Shown here: positions 29,812-42,361 of the stretch, one piece after another
Layout of the letters: every line of letters begins with the position of its first letter
How positions within the stretch are numbered: the first letter of the stretch is position 1
Source of the DNA: a virus
DNA length: 64,000 nt
Virus record (IMG/VR): IMGVR_UViG_3300002461_001209
Direction: 5' to 3' (one strand)
Notes under the pieces: model-generated
Told to the model about the DNA's origin: nothing
Database searches by the model: none
Seen by the model: the letters and a program-made list of their open reading frames with translations, nothing else
Program-made: the position numbers and the translations under genes

Positions 29812-30233
29812 ATTTTGATTTTATTGGATTTAATATTTTTATCAATTAAAGATGAATCAAGATGTTTTTGCATTTTTTTGATTTCATACTCTCTAACTAG
29901 TTGTGCAGTGTCACTTGTCTTTGCCAAATAGGGAGTTGGTGCTTTACAAAATTCAAATATATAATTCTTATTTTTGAGAGAAATTGGCTTCCAATTTATT
30001 AAGTCTTGTTTAAAATTAGATTCTCTAAACATAAAATTCATATCTTTAACATTAGAAACATTCCAATTTGATAGGTCTCTATTGAATAGAGCATCAAAGA
30101 ACATAGAATTCATATTTACGACATTAGATACATCAATATGATTTAAATCACATATATTGCCATGAAGTTTAATTGTTTTTTCAATTAAATATTTGAGTTG
30201 TTCTTTATCTTGAGCTATAATAGTTTCTTTCAT
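29808..30233 (-). CDS. DUF285 protein, 141 aa
   Basis: Same architecture. Confidence 0.9.
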   Translation of the reverse strand: MKETIIAQDKEQLKYLIEKTIKLHGNICDLNHIDVSNVVNMNSMFFDALFNRDLSNWNVSNVKDMNFMFRESNFKQDLINWKPISLKNKNYIFEFCKAPTPYLAKTSDTAQLVREYEIKKMQKHLDSSLIDKNIKSNKIKI

Positions 30234-30787
30234 ATTTTTATTTTACTAGTTCTAGACTTACTTTCAACTAAAGAAGCACTTAGTTCTTTATTAAGAATAT
30301 AAGACTTAACAGCTTCAGGTATATTTTTAGCTTCAACCCAATAGGGGACAGGTGCCGGGCAATCACGAAAGATGCCTATCTTTGATTTAAGTTTAATAGG
30401 TTTCCAATTCTCTAGATTTTTATTGAATTGTGATAATTGAAACATATATCTCATACTTATAACTTCGGATGTATTCCAACGAGATATATCCTGATTAAAT
30501 TTAGACTTATAAAAGATACCTTCCATATCTGTTACATTAGACACATCCCAATTTGATATATCCCCATTAAAATCAGATAGAAAAAAGAGAGATTCCATGT
30601 TGGTGACATTAGATACATCCCATTGACTGATATCTCCATTGAATTTAGATCCTTCAAAAATTTTTCTCATATCTGATATATTAGATGTATTGATATGATT
30701 TAAACTGCAATTAATACCATTTAGTTCAATCTCTTTTCTTATTAGTTTGACTAAATGTTGTTTATTTTGAGCTAATATTTTTTTCAT
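30230..30787 (-). CDS. DUF285 protein, 185 aa
   Basis: Same architecture. Confidence 0.9.
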   Translation of the reverse strand: MKKILAQNKQHLVKLIRKEIELNGINCSLNHINTSNISDMRKIFEGSKFNGDISQWDVSNVTNMESLFFLSDFNGDISNWDVSNVTDMEGIFYKSKFNQDISRWNTSEVISMRYMFQLSQFNKNLENWKPIKLKSKIGIFRDCPAPVPYWVEAKNIPEAVKSYILNKELSASLVESKSRTSKIKI

Positions 30788-31341
30788 ATTTTAATTTTAT
30801 TGGATTTAATTTTATTCTCAACTAAAGAAGTTTCTAATCCTTTGTTTAACCAATAACTATTAACTGCACTGGAGGTGTTTTCTGCTAAATACCAATAGGG
30901 TAAAGGAGCAGAGCATTTTTGAAAAGTATTTCCTTTTTCTTTTAAATTGATTGGTTTCCAATTTATTAAATCTTGATTGAATTTTGACTCATAAAACATA
31001 TTTCTCATATTTTTAACATTAGAAACATTCCATTTGGATATATCTCTATTAAATTGAGAAAAAGCAAACATTGCCTCCATATTATTGACTTGAGAGACGT
31101 TCCAATTTGATATATTTTTATTAAATTTAGAGTTTTCAAAAATATTTTCCATATTATTAACATTAGAAACATTCCACTCACTTATGTCTCCGTTAAATTT
31201 TGAGAAATTAAATAAATAACTCATATCTTTTACTTTAGAAACATCAATATGATTTAAATCACATTCATTACCATTGATTTCAATTTCTTTTTTAATTAAA
31301 AGTTTAAGATTTTCTTTATCTTGAGCTACTATTCTTTTCAT
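30784..31341 (-). CDS. DUF285 protein, 185 aa
   Basis: Same architecture. Confidence 0.9.
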   Translation of the reverse strand: MKRIVAQDKENLKLLIKKEIEINGNECDLNHIDVSKVKDMSYLFNFSKFNGDISEWNVSNVNNMENIFENSKFNKNISNWNVSQVNNMEAMFAFSQFNRDISKWNVSNVKNMRNMFYESKFNQDLINWKPINLKEKGNTFQKCSAPLPYWYLAENTSSAVNSYWLNKGLETSLVENKIKSNKIKI

Positions 31342-31970
31342 ATTTTAATTTTAACTGTTTTATCAGATTTATTCAATAAAAAAGATTCTAAACTTTCATT
31401 TAACATGTATCTTTTAACTGCTTTAGGTGTGTTTTCAGCTTCAGCCCAGTAAGGAATATTGGCATTACAAGCATGAAAAATATTGCTCTTATAATTTAAA
31501 GATATAGGCTTCCAATTTGTTAAGTCTTGTGTAAACTCAGACATATAAAACATATGTGCCATGTTTTTAACTTTCACTACATTCCAGTTAGATATATTTT
31601 GATTAAATTTTGATTTTTCAAACATTGTATTCATAATTTCTACATTAGATACGTCCCATTTAGAAATATCATTGTTAAATAATGAATTAGTAAACATTTG
31701 ATTCATATCTTTGACATTAGAAACATTCCAGTTAGATATATCACCTTTAAACGGAGAATCAAAGAACATGGAGTTCATTGTATCTACCCGAGATACATCC
31801 CACTTCGATATATCGCCATTAAATTTTGAATCATAAAAGAGTGCATACATATTGGTAATATTAGAAACGTCAATATGATTCAAGTCACATTCGTTACCAT
31901 ATAATGAGATTTCTTTCTGAATTATATCTAATAAATGAGATGAATCTTGAGGAATTATTTTTTCTTTCAT
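31338..31970 (-). CDS. DUF285 protein, 210 aa
   Basis: Same architecture. Confidence 0.9.
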   Translation of the reverse strand: MKEKIIPQDSSHLLDIIQKEISLYGNECDLNHIDVSNITNMYALFYDSKFNGDISKWDVSRVDTMNSMFFDSPFKGDISNWNVSNVKDMNQMFTNSLFNNDISKWDVSNVEIMNTMFEKSKFNQNISNWNVVKVKNMAHMFYMSEFTQDLTNWKPISLNYKSNIFHACNANIPYWAEAENTPKAVKRYMLNESLESFLLNKSDKTVKIKI

Positions 31971-32539
31971 ATTTTGATTTTTTTCTCAATTATTATTTTT
32001 TGAGTGAGATGATTTTCATGATTTTCCAGATTTTTAATAATTGTAATATTTTCTTCAATTGATTCTTTAATGTTTTCTGCAATAGCCCAATAGGGAACTG
32101 GCGCGGGACAATTTTTAAACATATCATCTCTATCTTCTATAGATAAAGGTGTCCAATTGGTCAAATCCTTATCAAATTTTAAGTTTTCAAACATATAATC
32201 GGCATTCTTAATTTTTGATACATCCCATTTTGATATATCGCCATTAAATTCAGATTTATAGAACATATATCTTGTATTTTTTGCATTTGAAACGTTCCAA
32301 TTGCTGATATCTCCATTAAACTTTGAATTTTTAAACATTGAGTACATATGTGTGGCATTCCTGACATCCCATTTACTTATATTTCCATTAAAGTCCGAAT
32401 ACTCAAAAATTTCACCCAAGTTTGGAAGGCTAGAGACATCAATGTGATTTAAGTCGCAGGTATTTCCATTCAATTTAATTTCTTTTTCTATGATGTTTCT
32501 TAAGTCTTGTTTACTTTGAGGTCTAATTATTTTTTTCAT
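31967..32539 (-). CDS. DUF285 protein, 190 aa
   Basis: Same architecture. Confidence 0.9.
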   Translation of the reverse strand: MKKIIRPQSKQDLRNIIEKEIKLNGNTCDLNHIDVSSLPNLGEIFEYSDFNGNISKWDVRNATHMYSMFKNSKFNGDISNWNVSNAKNTRYMFYKSEFNGDISKWDVSKIKNADYMFENLKFDKDLTNWTPLSIEDRDDMFKNCPAPVPYWAIAENIKESIEENITIIKNLENHENHLTQKIIIEKKIKI

Positions 32540-33168
32540 ATCTTCATTTTATTGGATTTAATGTTTTTATCAATTAGAGAGTCTTCTAGATATTTATTGA
32601 GCCAATAACTTCTAACGGCTGCTGGTGTATTTAGTGCTTCAGCCCAATAGGGGATAGGTGCTGGACAACGTTGAAACATATAATCTTTATATTGTAGAGA
32701 TATCGGTTTCCAATTGATTAAATTTTTATTAAAATTAGAGAGATGAAACATTTGGTTCATATCTTTTACTTTAGAAACATTCCAATTGCTGATGTTTTTG
32801 TTGAATAATGAGTCACTAAACATATCTTTCATGTTTTCTACCTTAGACACATCCCAAAGATTTATATCTTGGTTAAAGTTAGAATTGTGAAACATTTCTT
32901 CCATATTGATTACATTAGAAACATTCCACTTACTTATATCTCCGTTGAATATTGAATCACGAAACATAAGTTTCATGGTTTTAATATTGGATGTATCCCA
33001 CTTACTTATGTCGCCATTAAATGAACTACTATAGAATAACTCTTCTAAACTTGTAAGATTTGATATATCTATGTGGTTTAGGTCACAATGATTACCATTT
33101 AGACGAAGTTCTTCTCTAAATATTAATTTTAAGTCTTCTAAGTCTTGAGGAATTATTTTTTCTTTCAT
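32536..33168 (-). CDS. DUF285 protein, 210 aa
   Basis: Same architecture. Confidence 0.9.
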   Translation of the reverse strand: MKEKIIPQDLEDLKLIFREELRLNGNHCDLNHIDISNLTSLEELFYSSSFNGDISKWDTSNIKTMKLMFRDSIFNGDISKWNVSNVINMEEMFHNSNFNQDINLWDVSKVENMKDMFSDSLFNKNISNWNVSKVKDMNQMFHLSNFNKNLINWKPISLQYKDYMFQRCPAPIPYWAEALNTPAAVRSYWLNKYLEDSLIDKNIKSNKMKI

Positions 33169-33941
33169 ATCTTCATTTTATTAGATTTAATCTCTTTATC
33201 AATTATAGAGTTTTCTAAATCTTTGTTGAGCCAATAACTTCTAACTGCTGCTGGTGTGTTATCTGCTTCTGCCCAATAGGGTACAGGTGCAGCACAATCA
33301 TCAAATATAGAGTCTTTCTCAATTAAATTTATAGGTCTCCACTTCGTTAAATCTTTTTTAAAATTAGACGATTCAAACATAGAACGCATATTTTCAACTT
33401 TTTGCACATTCCAATTGCTGATATCGTGATTAAACTGAGATTCCTGAAACATACACCACATATCTTTAACATTGGAAACATTCCATCCACTAATATCACC
33501 ATCAAAATTTGATGCAAAAAACATATAAGACATATCAATTACATTAGAAACATTCCAGTTACTAATATTTTGATTAAATGTTGAGTCTAAAAAAACAGTT
33601 GACATATTTTCGACATTGGATACATCCCATTTTGATATGTCACCGTTAAATTTAGAATTATTGAACATACTATGCATATTATTAACATTAGAAATATCCC
33701 AATTGCTTATATCACCATTAAATGAAGAAAAACAAAACATAGCATCCATATTATTAACTTTAGATACATCCCAATCTGAAATGTCACCATTAAATTTAGA
33801 ATTGTAAAATAAATAGTTCATATCTGTTATATTTGATACGTCTATATAATTTAGATTGCACTCATACCCATTTAATTTAATTTCATCCTCAATTAATAGC
33901 TTCAAGTCTACTGAATTTTCAGGTACAATAGTTTTTTTCAT
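33165..33941 (-). CDS. DUF285 protein, 258 aa
   Basis: Same architecture. Confidence 0.9.
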   Translation of the reverse strand: MKKTIVPENSVDLKLLIEDEIKLNGYECNLNYIDVSNITDMNYLFYNSKFNGDISDWDVSKVNNMDAMFCFSSFNGDISNWDISNVNNMHSMFNNSKFNGDISKWDVSNVENMSTVFLDSTFNQNISNWNVSNVIDMSYMFFASNFDGDISGWNVSNVKDMWCMFQESQFNHDISNWNVQKVENMRSMFESSNFKKDLTKWRPINLIEKDSIFDDCAAPVPYWAEADNTPAAVRSYWLNKDLENSIIDKEIKSNKMKI

Positions 33942-34498
33942 ATCTTTATTTTATTGTTTTTAACACTTTTATCAATTAAAGAGTCTTCTAGTTCTTTATT
34001 GAGCCAATGGCTTTTAACTGCTGCTAGTGTGTCTTCTGCTTCAAACCAATATGGTGCAGGTACTGAGCAATTATAAAACATAGATGATTTATTTTCTATA
34101 CTAAAGGGCTTCCAGTTTGTTAAGTCTTGTTTAAACTCAGACTGATAAAACATAGATTCCATGTCTCTAACTTTTTGCACATTCCATTTAGAAATATCTC
34201 CATTGAATTTAGATTCATGAAACATCCCCCACATATTTTTAACTTTAGAAACATTCCAATTGCTTATGTATTTATTAAAATGGGAGTGGGAAAACATAGC
34301 TGACATATCAACAACATTAGATGTATCCCACATTGATATGTCGCCATTGAATTGTGAGCCACTAAATAAGCTGTTCATGTATTCAATGTTAGATACATCA
34401 ATATGATTGAGGCTGCATTCATAACCATTTTCTTTAATTTCATCTAAAATTAAATCTTTAAGATTTGATTTATTGGTTGCAATTATTTGATTTTTCAT
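33938..34498 (-). CDS. DUF285 protein, 186 aa
   Basis: Same architecture. Confidence 0.9.
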   Translation of the reverse strand: MKNQIIATNKSNLKDLILDEIKENGYECSLNHIDVSNIEYMNSLFSGSQFNGDISMWDTSNVVDMSAMFSHSHFNKYISNWNVSKVKNMWGMFHESKFNGDISKWNVQKVRDMESMFYQSEFKQDLTNWKPFSIENKSSMFYNCSVPAPYWFEAEDTLAAVKSHWLNKELEDSLIDKSVKNNKIKI

Positions 34499-35055
34499 AT
34501 TTTCACTTTATTGGATTTAATATTTTTATAAATAAGTGAAGAGTCTATCTCTTTATTGAGGGAATAGCTTCTAACAGCGGCTGATATATTATCTGTTTCT
34601 GCCCAGTAAGGTAAAGGTGCAGAACAATAGTTAAATACGAGTTTGTGATATTTTAAATTTAGGGGTTTCCAATTTGTTAAGTCTTGATTAAATTTAGACC
34701 CACTAAACATAAATAGCACACTTGTAACTTTAGAAACATCCCAATTAGAAATATTTTGATTAAAAATAGAGTTATCAAACATTTTATACATGTTTTCAAC
34801 ATTACTTACATCCCAACTGCTAATATCTTGATTAAACTCAGATTTAAGAAACATTTCAGACATTGTTGTAACATTAGAAATATTCCATTTAGAAATATTA
34901 CCGTTAAATTTTGAACTAGAAAATAAGTTACTCATATCTGTGATATTGGAAACATCAATATGATTTAAATTGCAGTTATAACCATACATTTTAATATTAT
35001 AATCAATTATTAATATTAACTGTTGTAGATTCTTTGCTATTATTTTTTCTTTCAT
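34495..35055 (-). CDS. DUF285 protein, 186 aa
   Basis: Same architecture. Confidence 0.9.
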   Translation of the reverse strand: MKEKIIAKNLQQLILIIDYNIKMYGYNCNLNHIDVSNITDMSNLFSSSKFNGNISKWNISNVTTMSEMFLKSEFNQDISSWDVSNVENMYKMFDNSIFNQNISNWDVSKVTSVLFMFSGSKFNQDLTNWKPLNLKYHKLVFNYCSAPLPYWAETDNISAAVRSYSLNKEIDSSLIYKNIKSNKVKI

Positions 35056-35708
35056 ATCTTCATTTTATTATTTTTGACGATTTTATCAATGAGTGAAGAT
35101 TCTAGTTCTTTATTGAGCCAATAACTTCTAACTGCTGCTGGTATATTTTCAGCCTCTGCCCAATATGGGACAGGAGAAGAACAGTTTTTAAATATTTCAA
35201 GCTTATATTCTAGATTAAGGGGTTTCCAGTTAGTGATATCTCTATTGAATTGAGATCTGAAAAACATATGCTCCATATTTTTAACCTTTGAAACATTCCA
35301 CTTGGAAATATCTCCGTCAAACTCTGATTCATAGAACATATAATACATATTTTTAACATTAGATGTATCCCATAGAGAAATATCTCTATTAAATTTTGAA
35401 CTAGAGAACATTGAACACATATCTTGAACATTAGACACATTCCATTGACTGATATCGTTATTGAATTCTGATGAAGAAAATAATCCATCCATACTTTCTA
35501 CATTAGATACATCCCATTTTGAAATATCGCCATTAAAATCTGAAAGATTATTATCAATATTTGTTGTATAACAAAAAAGGTGATCCATATTTTTTATGAG
35601 GCTTACATCTACATGATTTAAGCTGCAAGAATTATCATTTTGAGAAATTTCATTTCTAATTATTTCTCTTAATTCTTCCTTATTTTTCGCTATTATTTTT
35701 TCTTTCAT
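35052..35708 (-). CDS. DUF285 protein, 218 aa, with an 8-aa insertion after the N-cap
   Basis: Same architecture plus [12 protein letters not shown] insertion. Confidence 0.9.
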   Translation of the reverse strand: MKEKIIAKNKEELREIIRNEISQNDNSCSLNHVDVSLIKNMDHLFCYTTNIDNNLSDFNGDISKWDVSNVESMDGLFSSSEFNNDISQWNVSNVQDMCSMFSSSKFNRDISLWDTSNVKNMYYMFYESEFDGDISKWNVSKVKNMEHMFFRSQFNRDITNWKPLNLEYKLEIFKNCSSPVPYWAEAENIPAAVRSYWLNKELESSLIDKIVKNNKMKI

Positions 35709-36625
35709 ATCTTCATTTTATTATTTTTGACGCTTTTATCAATTAGTGAAGATTCTAGTTCTTTGTTAAGCCAATAGCTTCTAACTGCTCTTGGTGTGTT
35801 CGGTATTTCAGCCCAATATGGAATAGGAGAGTTGTTTCTACCGAATAAGTTTATTTTATCAACCAAACTAACGGGTTTCCAGTTAGTCAGGTCTTGCTTG
35901 AATGATGAAGCATAAAATATTTCATCCATTACTGTAACTTTGGATACATTCCAGTTGCTTATATCTTTATTGAAGATGGACATTGAAAACATATTTTGCA
36001 TATTTTCAACATTAGATACATCCCATGAACTAATATCTCCATTAAATTTTGAATTACTAAATGTGAGTGCCATAGATGTTACATTGCTAACATTCCAATT
36101 TGAAATATCACCATTAAATTCAGATGATTCAAACATATTAGATATGTTTTCTAATTTTGACATGTTCCATTGACTAATATCATTGTTAAATAATGAATTA
36201 GTAAACATATGATTCATATCTTGAACATTTGATACATCCCATTTACTAATATCTTGATTAAAAACAGAACTACTGAAGGCGTTATTCATATGTTTAACAT
36301 TTGATACATTCCATTTACTTATATCTCTATTGAATTTTGATTCTGCAAACATAAACCCCATATCTTCTACATTAGAGGTATCCCAACCTGATATGTCACC
36401 ATTAAATTCAGATCCGTAAAACATAAATTGACAGTTCACAACTTTTGAAGTATCCCACTTAGATATATCTCCATTGAATTTAGAATTCATAAATAAATTT
36501 TTCATATTAGTGATTTCTGATACATCAATATGATTTAGATCGCAATTATTTCCATGCATTTCAATTTCTTTTGAAATTAGAGATTCTAAATGTAAGTTAT
36601 CTTTAGCTATTATTGTATTTTTCAT
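35705..36625 (-). CDS. DUF285 protein, 306 aa
   Basis: Same architecture. Confidence 0.9.
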   Translation of the reverse strand: MKNTIIAKDNLHLESLISKEIEMHGNNCDLNHIDVSEITNMKNLFMNSKFNGDISKWDTSKVVNCQFMFYGSEFNGDISGWDTSNVEDMGFMFAESKFNRDISKWNVSNVKHMNNAFSSSVFNQDISKWDVSNVQDMNHMFTNSLFNNDISQWNMSKLENISNMFESSEFNGDISNWNVSNVTSMALTFSNSKFNGDISSWDVSNVENMQNMFSMSIFNKDISNWNVSKVTVMDEIFYASSFKQDLTNWKPVSLVDKINLFGRNNSPIPYWAEIPNTPRAVRSYWLNKELESSLIDKSVKNNKMKI

Positions 36626-37298
36626 ATCTTAATTTTATTTGATTTAATTTCATTTGCAATTAAAGATGATTCTAGCTCTTTGTTTAACCAGTAGCTTCTA
36701 ACGGCAGTAGAAACATCTTGTGCTTCAGACCAATATGGTTTTGGTGCAGGGCAATTAGAGAACATAATTTTATTTGAGAATATATCTTTGTCTAACGGTA
36801 ATAGTAAACTAATTGGCTTCCAATTTGTTAAGTCATGGTTGAATTTAGAGTGTGAGAATATATTGTTCATAGCTTTAACATTAGAAACGTTCCAATTGGA
36901 TATATTTTGATTAAAATTTGAATAATAAAACATACATTCCATATTTTCTACATTTGATACATATTTTCAACATTAGACGTATCCCACTGACTAATATTAT
37001 TATTAAATTCAGAATGAGAAAACATCCAACTCATATCTACAACTTTTGATGTGTCCCACTCACTTATATCGCCATTGAATTTGGATTTTTCAAACATACA
37101 TTCCATACTAATTACCTTGGAAACACTCCAATTGCTAATATCTCCATTAAAAGAAGAATTATAGAATAAGTATCTCATATCTGTAATATTAGAAACATCA
37201 ATATGATTTAAATTACAAAAATTACCATTTTTAGATATTTCATCTGTAACGATTAATTTTAAATGTATTAAATCTTTTGCTATAATCTTATTTTTCAT
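36622..37298 (-). pseudogene. DUF285 gene split by an out-of-frame internal deletion near 36960
   Basis: N half 36948-37298 and C half 36622-36942 are in different frames; junction GAA AAT AT|GTA TCA AAT GTA. Confidence 0.85.
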
Positions 37299-37864
37299 AT
37301 TTTCATTTTAATGTTTTTATTAGATTTATTCAATAAAGATGATTCTAATTGTTTTTTAAGGTTATTTATTCTGTAATTTTTAATTAATATGTCTATATCG
37401 CCATCTTCTGACCAATATGGTTTTGGTGCTGGACAACGATCAAAAGTTGCATTTTTATATTTTAAATTTATCGGCTCCCAATTGTTTAATTCATTATTGA
37501 ATTTAGAGCCAGAAAACATAGATGCCATATTCTCAACTTTAGAGACATTCCAATTAGAAATATCTTGATTAAAGGCGGCAGCTAAAAACATTTCACTCAT
37601 AGTTGTAACGTTGGATACATTCCATTTACTAATGTCTTTGTTGAAGTTAGATAATTCAAACATACCCTCCATTTTATTAATGTTGGAGACATCCCACTTG
37701 CTTATATCTCCATTAAAATTAGATAGATAAAACAAGCTGCTTAAGTCTTTTAAATTGGATATATCAATATGGTTTAAATCACATTCATGACCGTTCAGTT
37801 TTATCTCACCAAAGATTATAGATCTTAAATGGTTTGTATTTTGAGCTATCAGTCTTTCTCTCAT
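37295..37864 (-). CDS. DUF285 protein, 189 aa
   Basis: Same architecture. Confidence 0.9.
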   Translation of the reverse strand: MRERLIAQNTNHLRSIIFGEIKLNGHECDLNHIDISNLKDLSSLFYLSNFNGDISKWDVSNINKMEGMFELSNFNKDISKWNVSNVTTMSEMFLAAAFNQDISNWNVSKVENMASMFSGSKFNNELNNWEPINLKYKNATFDRCPAPKPYWSEDGDIDILIKNYRINNLKKQLESSLLNKSNKNIKMKI

Positions 37865-38709
37865 AGTTTTAACCTTTTAGATTGAAATTCTTTATCTATT
37901 AGAGATGATTCCAGTTCTTTATTTAAATAATATTTTCTAACAGCAGCAGGAGTATCCTGTGTTTTTGCCCAATAAGGTTGAGTTGCTCTACAGAGCATGA
38001 ACATTCTATCATTTTCAATTAAACTAGTGGGTTTCCAACTTGTCAAATCTTGAGCAAATTGAGAGTATGCAAATGATTCATACATACTTTGCACATTAGA
38101 AACATCCCACCTGGATATATCTTGATTGAAATGTGAATATGAAAAAATATTATCCATTTTGACAACGCTTTTCATATTCCAATTGGATATATCATTATTG
38201 AATTTACTATGTGAAAACATATAACTCATAATCTCAATATTGGAGGTGTTCCATTTACTGATATCACCATTAAAAGCAGAGGTGTGAAACATAGCAAACA
38301 TGTTTACTACTTTTGATACATCCCAGTTTAATATGTCTTGATTAAAATCAGATTCTTTAAATGTTGATTTCATGTTGACAATATTAGATGTGTCCCAGTT
38401 GCTAATGTTTTGGTTAAATTTTGAATTATTGAACATGTAACTGATATCTTTAACATTAGAAATGTTCCAGTTAGATATATCACCATCGAAATCTGAGCTA
38501 TAAAACATGCATTGCATATCTTCTACTTGAGATGTATCCCATTTACTAATGTTTCCATTAAATTTAGAGTAACTAAATAGACTAATCATTTCTGTTATTT
38601 TAGATGTATCTATGTGATTCAAGTCGCATTCATCTCCATATTCATTCATCTCTTGTATGACCAAAAGTTTAAGTTGTTCTAGGTTTTCAGGTATTATTTT
38701 ATCTCTCAT
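37861..38709 (-). CDS. DUF285 protein, 282 aa
   Basis: Same architecture. Confidence 0.9.
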   Translation of the reverse strand: MRDKIIPENLEQLKLLVIQEMNEYGDECDLNHIDTSKITEMISLFSYSKFNGNISKWDTSQVEDMQCMFYSSDFDGDISNWNISNVKDISYMFNNSKFNQNISNWDTSNIVNMKSTFKESDFNQDILNWDVSKVVNMFAMFHTSAFNGDISKWNTSNIEIMSYMFSHSKFNNDISNWNMKSVVKMDNIFSYSHFNQDISRWDVSNVQSMYESFAYSQFAQDLTSWKPTSLIENDRMFMLCRATQPYWAKTQDTPAAVRKYYLNKELESSLIDKEFQSKRLKL

Positions 38710-38713
38710 TTTA

Positions 38714-39346
38714 TTATATTTTTATTTTACTATTCATGGTATTGTTTTTATTTAAAGATTCTCCAAGTTCTTTATTGAGCCAATAACTTCTAATGGTTCT
38801 AGGTATATTTTCATTTTTTAACCAATAAGGAACAGGTGCTTCGCAATCAGTAAAAATTGCATATTTTAATTCTAAGTTCAATGGTTTCCAATTTGTTAAG
38901 TCTTGATTGAATGCTGATTGAGAAAACATTTGTTCCATAATTTTAACATTTTCTACATCCCAATCACTTATATTTTGATTAAATCTGGACAAATTAAACA
39001 TATGATTCATATTGATAACATTAGATACATCCCACTGACTGATATCACTATTAAATGTAGATTCAGCAAACATATATTCCATAAATCTTACATTGGAAAC
39101 ATTCCATTGACTGATATCGCCGCTGAATTTAGATCTATAGAACATGCTTCTCATATCAGTAACATTAGATAAATCCCATTGACTGATATCACCATTGAAT
39201 TTAGAGTTAAGAAATAAAGTAGTCATATCTGTTATATTAGACACATCGATATGATTTAAGTCACATGAGTTGCCATTCAGTTTTATTTCTTCTCTAATTA
39301 AAGATTGCAAGTGTTCAAGGTCTGTGGCAATGATAGTCATTTTCAT
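38714..39346 (-). CDS. DUF285 protein, 210 aa
   Basis: Same architecture. Confidence 0.9.
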   Translation of the reverse strand: MKMTIIATDLEHLQSLIREEIKLNGNSCDLNHIDVSNITDMTTLFLNSKFNGDISQWDLSNVTDMRSMFYRSKFSGDISQWNVSNVRFMEYMFAESTFNSDISQWDVSNVINMNHMFNLSRFNQNISDWDVENVKIMEQMFSQSAFNQDLTNWKPLNLELKYAIFTDCEAPVPYWLKNENIPRTIRSYWLNKELGESLNKNNTMNSKIKI

Positions 39347-39687
39347 ATTTTTATTTTACCTTCTTTTGATTTTTTATCAATTAAAGATTGATCTAGTTCT
39401 TTATTTAACCAATAGCTTCTAACGGCAGCGGGGGTGTCTTCCACTTCTGCCCAATATGGAATTGGTGCAGAGCAATTATTAAAGAGAAAGTCTTTGCTTT
39501 CTAGGTTTTTAGGTTTCCAGTTGGTCAAGTCATGGTTAAATTCTGAGTTAGAGAATATATTACTCATATTTTCAACTTTAGATACATCTATATGATTTAA
39601 ATCACATTTATTACCATTTAGAGAAATTTCATTTTTAATTAAGATTTTTAAATGTTCTGAATCTTGGGTTAAAATAATTTTCTTCAT
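39343..39687 (-). CDS. minimal DUF285 protein, 114 aa
   Basis: N-cap, one repeat and C-cap; 5' end nearly identical to 39684-40460. Confidence 0.88.
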   Translation of the reverse strand: MKKIILTQDSEHLKILIKNEISLNGNKCDLNHIDVSKVENMSNIFSNSEFNHDLTNWKPKNLESKDFLFNNCSAPIPYWAEVEDTPAAVRSYWLNKELDQSLIDKKSKEGKIKI

Positions 39688-40460
39688 AATTTAAACCTTT
39701 TGGATTGAGTATAATTGTTTATGATAGATTTTTCTAACCCTTTTTTTAACCAATAGCTTCTAACAGCAGCAGGTGTGTTTTCTGCTTCAGCCCAATATGG
39801 TATTGTTGCCAGAGAACCTTCAAATATAAAATCTTTTTCTTTTAAACTTAATGGCTTCCAATTAATTATGTCGTTGTTAAATTTAGAGCATGAAAACATA
39901 TTTTTCATACTTTTTACATTTGAAACATTCCAATTGGATATATCAAAGTTAAAATTAGCGTTATGAAACATCCAGTTCATATGTATTACATTAGAAACAT
40001 CCCAACTACTGATGTTCCTATTGAATAGCGAATCAAAAAACATATCATTCATATTAACGACATTAGAAACATCCCAATTTGATATATCTTGATTGAAAAC
40101 AGAATATGCAAACATTCCACATGTAACTTCAACATTTGCAAAATTCCATTTTGATATGTCTTGATTAAATTTAGAATTTCTAAATATATTACTCATATTA
40201 TTAACGTTAGATATATCCCAGTTATTGATGTCACCATTAAATTCTGAGCTAGAAAACATATAGTTCATATATTTAACATTAGAAGTGTCCCAATTGCTTA
40301 TGTTGCCATTAAATTCTGAGCTAGAGAACATATTACTCATATTTTCAACTTTAGAAACATCAATATGATTTAAATCACATTTATTACCATTTAGAGAAAT
40401 TTCATTTTTAATTAAGATTTTTAAATGTTCTGAATCTTGGGCTAAAATAATTTTCTTCAT
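39684..40460 (-). CDS. DUF285 protein, 258 aa
   Basis: Same architecture. Confidence 0.9.
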   Translation of the reverse strand: MKKIILAQDSEHLKILIKNEISLNGNKCDLNHIDVSKVENMSNMFSSSEFNGNISNWDTSNVKYMNYMFSSSEFNGDINNWDISNVNNMSNIFRNSKFNQDISKWNFANVEVTCGMFAYSVFNQDISNWDVSNVVNMNDMFFDSLFNRNISSWDVSNVIHMNWMFHNANFNFDISNWNVSNVKSMKNMFSCSKFNNDIINWKPLSLKEKDFIFEGSLATIPYWAEAENTPAAVRSYWLKKGLEKSIINNYTQSKRFKL

Positions 40461-41389
40461 ATTTTAACCTTTTGGGATTTGTTTTTTGATTTAGGTAAAA
40501 TATATTGATTTATTTTATGAAATTTTTGAGTAATTAAAAATTCCTTTACAGCCTTCGGTGTATCATCTGCTTCAGACCAATAGGGTATTGGTGCAATACA
40601 ATCTTCAAATATAAGATATTTATCTTCTAAACTTAGTGGTTTCCATTGAGTTAAATCTTGATTGAATTTACTTTTTTGAAATATAAAATCCATATCCTTA
40701 ACATTTGATACATTCCAGTTTTTGATGTTTTGATTAAATTCAGATTTAGCAAACATTCCCCCCATATCTTTAACACTAGAAACATCCCAATCACTTATAC
40801 TTTTATTAAATTTAGATTCTAAAAACATGCGTTTCATGTTTTCTACATTGGAAACATTCCATCTGGATATATTTTGATTAAATTTAGAGTTCCGAAACAT
40901 AGAATTCATGTCTTCTACATTGGATACATCCCAACTACTAATGTCTCCATTAAACTTAGAACTACCAAACATATAACTCATATCTTTAACATTAGATACA
41001 TCCCATTTGGATATATTTTGATTAAATTTTGAATTTTCAAACATATCAGTCATATCTTTGACATTAGATACATTCCACTGGCTTATATCCTGATTGAAGT
41101 GAGAACGGCAAAACATATTTCTCATAATTATAATATTAGAAACATCCCATTTTGATATGTCACCGTTAAATTCTGAATTGAAAAACATGAAACCCATATT
41201 TTCTGCGTTAGATGTATTCCATTGGCTTATATTCCCGTTAAATAAACTATGAGAAAATAATGATCCCATATCTTTAATTCTAGATACATCTATATGATTT
41301 AGATCACAAGAGTTACCATTAGATAGAATTTCACGTTCAATAATGTTTTTTAAGTCACTGTAGTCTTGAGCTATGACAATATCTTTCAT
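40457..41389 (-). CDS. DUF285 protein, 310 aa
   Basis: Same architecture. Confidence 0.9.
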   Translation of the reverse strand: MKDIVIAQDYSDLKNIIEREILSNGNSCDLNHIDVSRIKDMGSLFSHSLFNGNISQWNTSNAENMGFMFFNSEFNGDISKWDVSNIIIMRNMFCRSHFNQDISQWNVSNVKDMTDMFENSKFNQNISKWDVSNVKDMSYMFGSSKFNGDISSWDVSNVEDMNSMFRNSKFNQNISRWNVSNVENMKRMFLESKFNKSISDWDVSSVKDMGGMFAKSEFNQNIKNWNVSNVKDMDFIFQKSKFNQDLTQWKPLSLEDKYLIFEDCIAPIPYWSEADDTPKAVKEFLITQKFHKINQYILPKSKNKSQKVKI

Positions 41390-42237
41390 ATTTTAACCCT
41401 TTGGGATTTAATGCTATTATTTTTAAGAGACTCTTCCAGTGATTGATTCAAGCAATATATTTTAACTGCTTCAGGTATTTTTTCTGCTTTAGCCCAATAA
41501 GGAATAGGTGCAGGACAATCTTTAAAGGTAGATTGCTTAGTTTTTAGTAGTAATGGTTTCCAATTTGTTAAATCTTTATTAAATTTACTTTCTTCAAACA
41601 TTAAATCCATAGACTTCACAATTGATACATCCCAGTTACTGATATCTCCGTTGAATTTTGACTTACGAAACATTTCAGACATATGTTTAACCTTAGATGT
41701 ATTCCATTGGCTGATATCTTGATTAAATTTTGATTCTTTGAACATACCCCACATATCTTGCACTTTAGATGTGTTCCACTGAGAAATATATTTATTAAAC
41801 TTAGAGTTATGGAACATTGATGAACTATCTGTGACCCTAGAAATATTCCAGTTACTGATGTCTTGGTTAAATACAGATGAACTGAACATTGAACTCATGG
41901 TTTCCACATTGGACACATTCCATTGAGATATATCTTGATTAAATTGAGACTGAGCAAACATCAAAATCATCTTTTTTACTTTAGAGACATTCCATTTACT
42001 AATGTCGCCATTAAAATTTGATTTATAAAACATAGATGCCATGTCTTTAACGTTAGAAACATCCCATTCAGAAATGTCGCCATTAAAGTTTGTTATATAA
42101 AACAAAAGTTGCATGTCTTCTATATTGGATACATCAATATGATTGAGATTGCAGTTGTTTCCATTAGCTTGAATTTCAAGATCAATTAAAGATTTTAACT
42201 CTGTTCTATCTTTAGGTGTTATTGTCTTTTTATTCAT
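41386..42237 (-). CDS. DUF285 protein, 283 aa
   Basis: Same architecture. Confidence 0.9.
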   Translation of the reverse strand: MNKKTITPKDRTELKSLIDLEIQANGNNCNLNHIDVSNIEDMQLLFYITNFNGDISEWDVSNVKDMASMFYKSNFNGDISKWNVSKVKKMILMFAQSQFNQDISQWNVSNVETMSSMFSSSVFNQDISNWNISRVTDSSSMFHNSKFNKYISQWNTSKVQDMWGMFKESKFNQDISQWNTSKVKHMSEMFRKSKFNGDISNWDVSIVKSMDLMFEESKFNKDLTNWKPLLLKTKQSTFKDCPAPIPYWAKAEKIPEAVKIYCLNQSLEESLKNNSIKSQRVKI

Positions 42238-42361
42238 ATATTAATTTTACTCTTTTTACTAAATTTATCAATAAAAAAATTTGAGATTAATTTTTAATCT
42301 GAATATAGATTAATTAGTTATAATATATAACTTATTTTTTAGACTTTACTTTTTTTCAACA

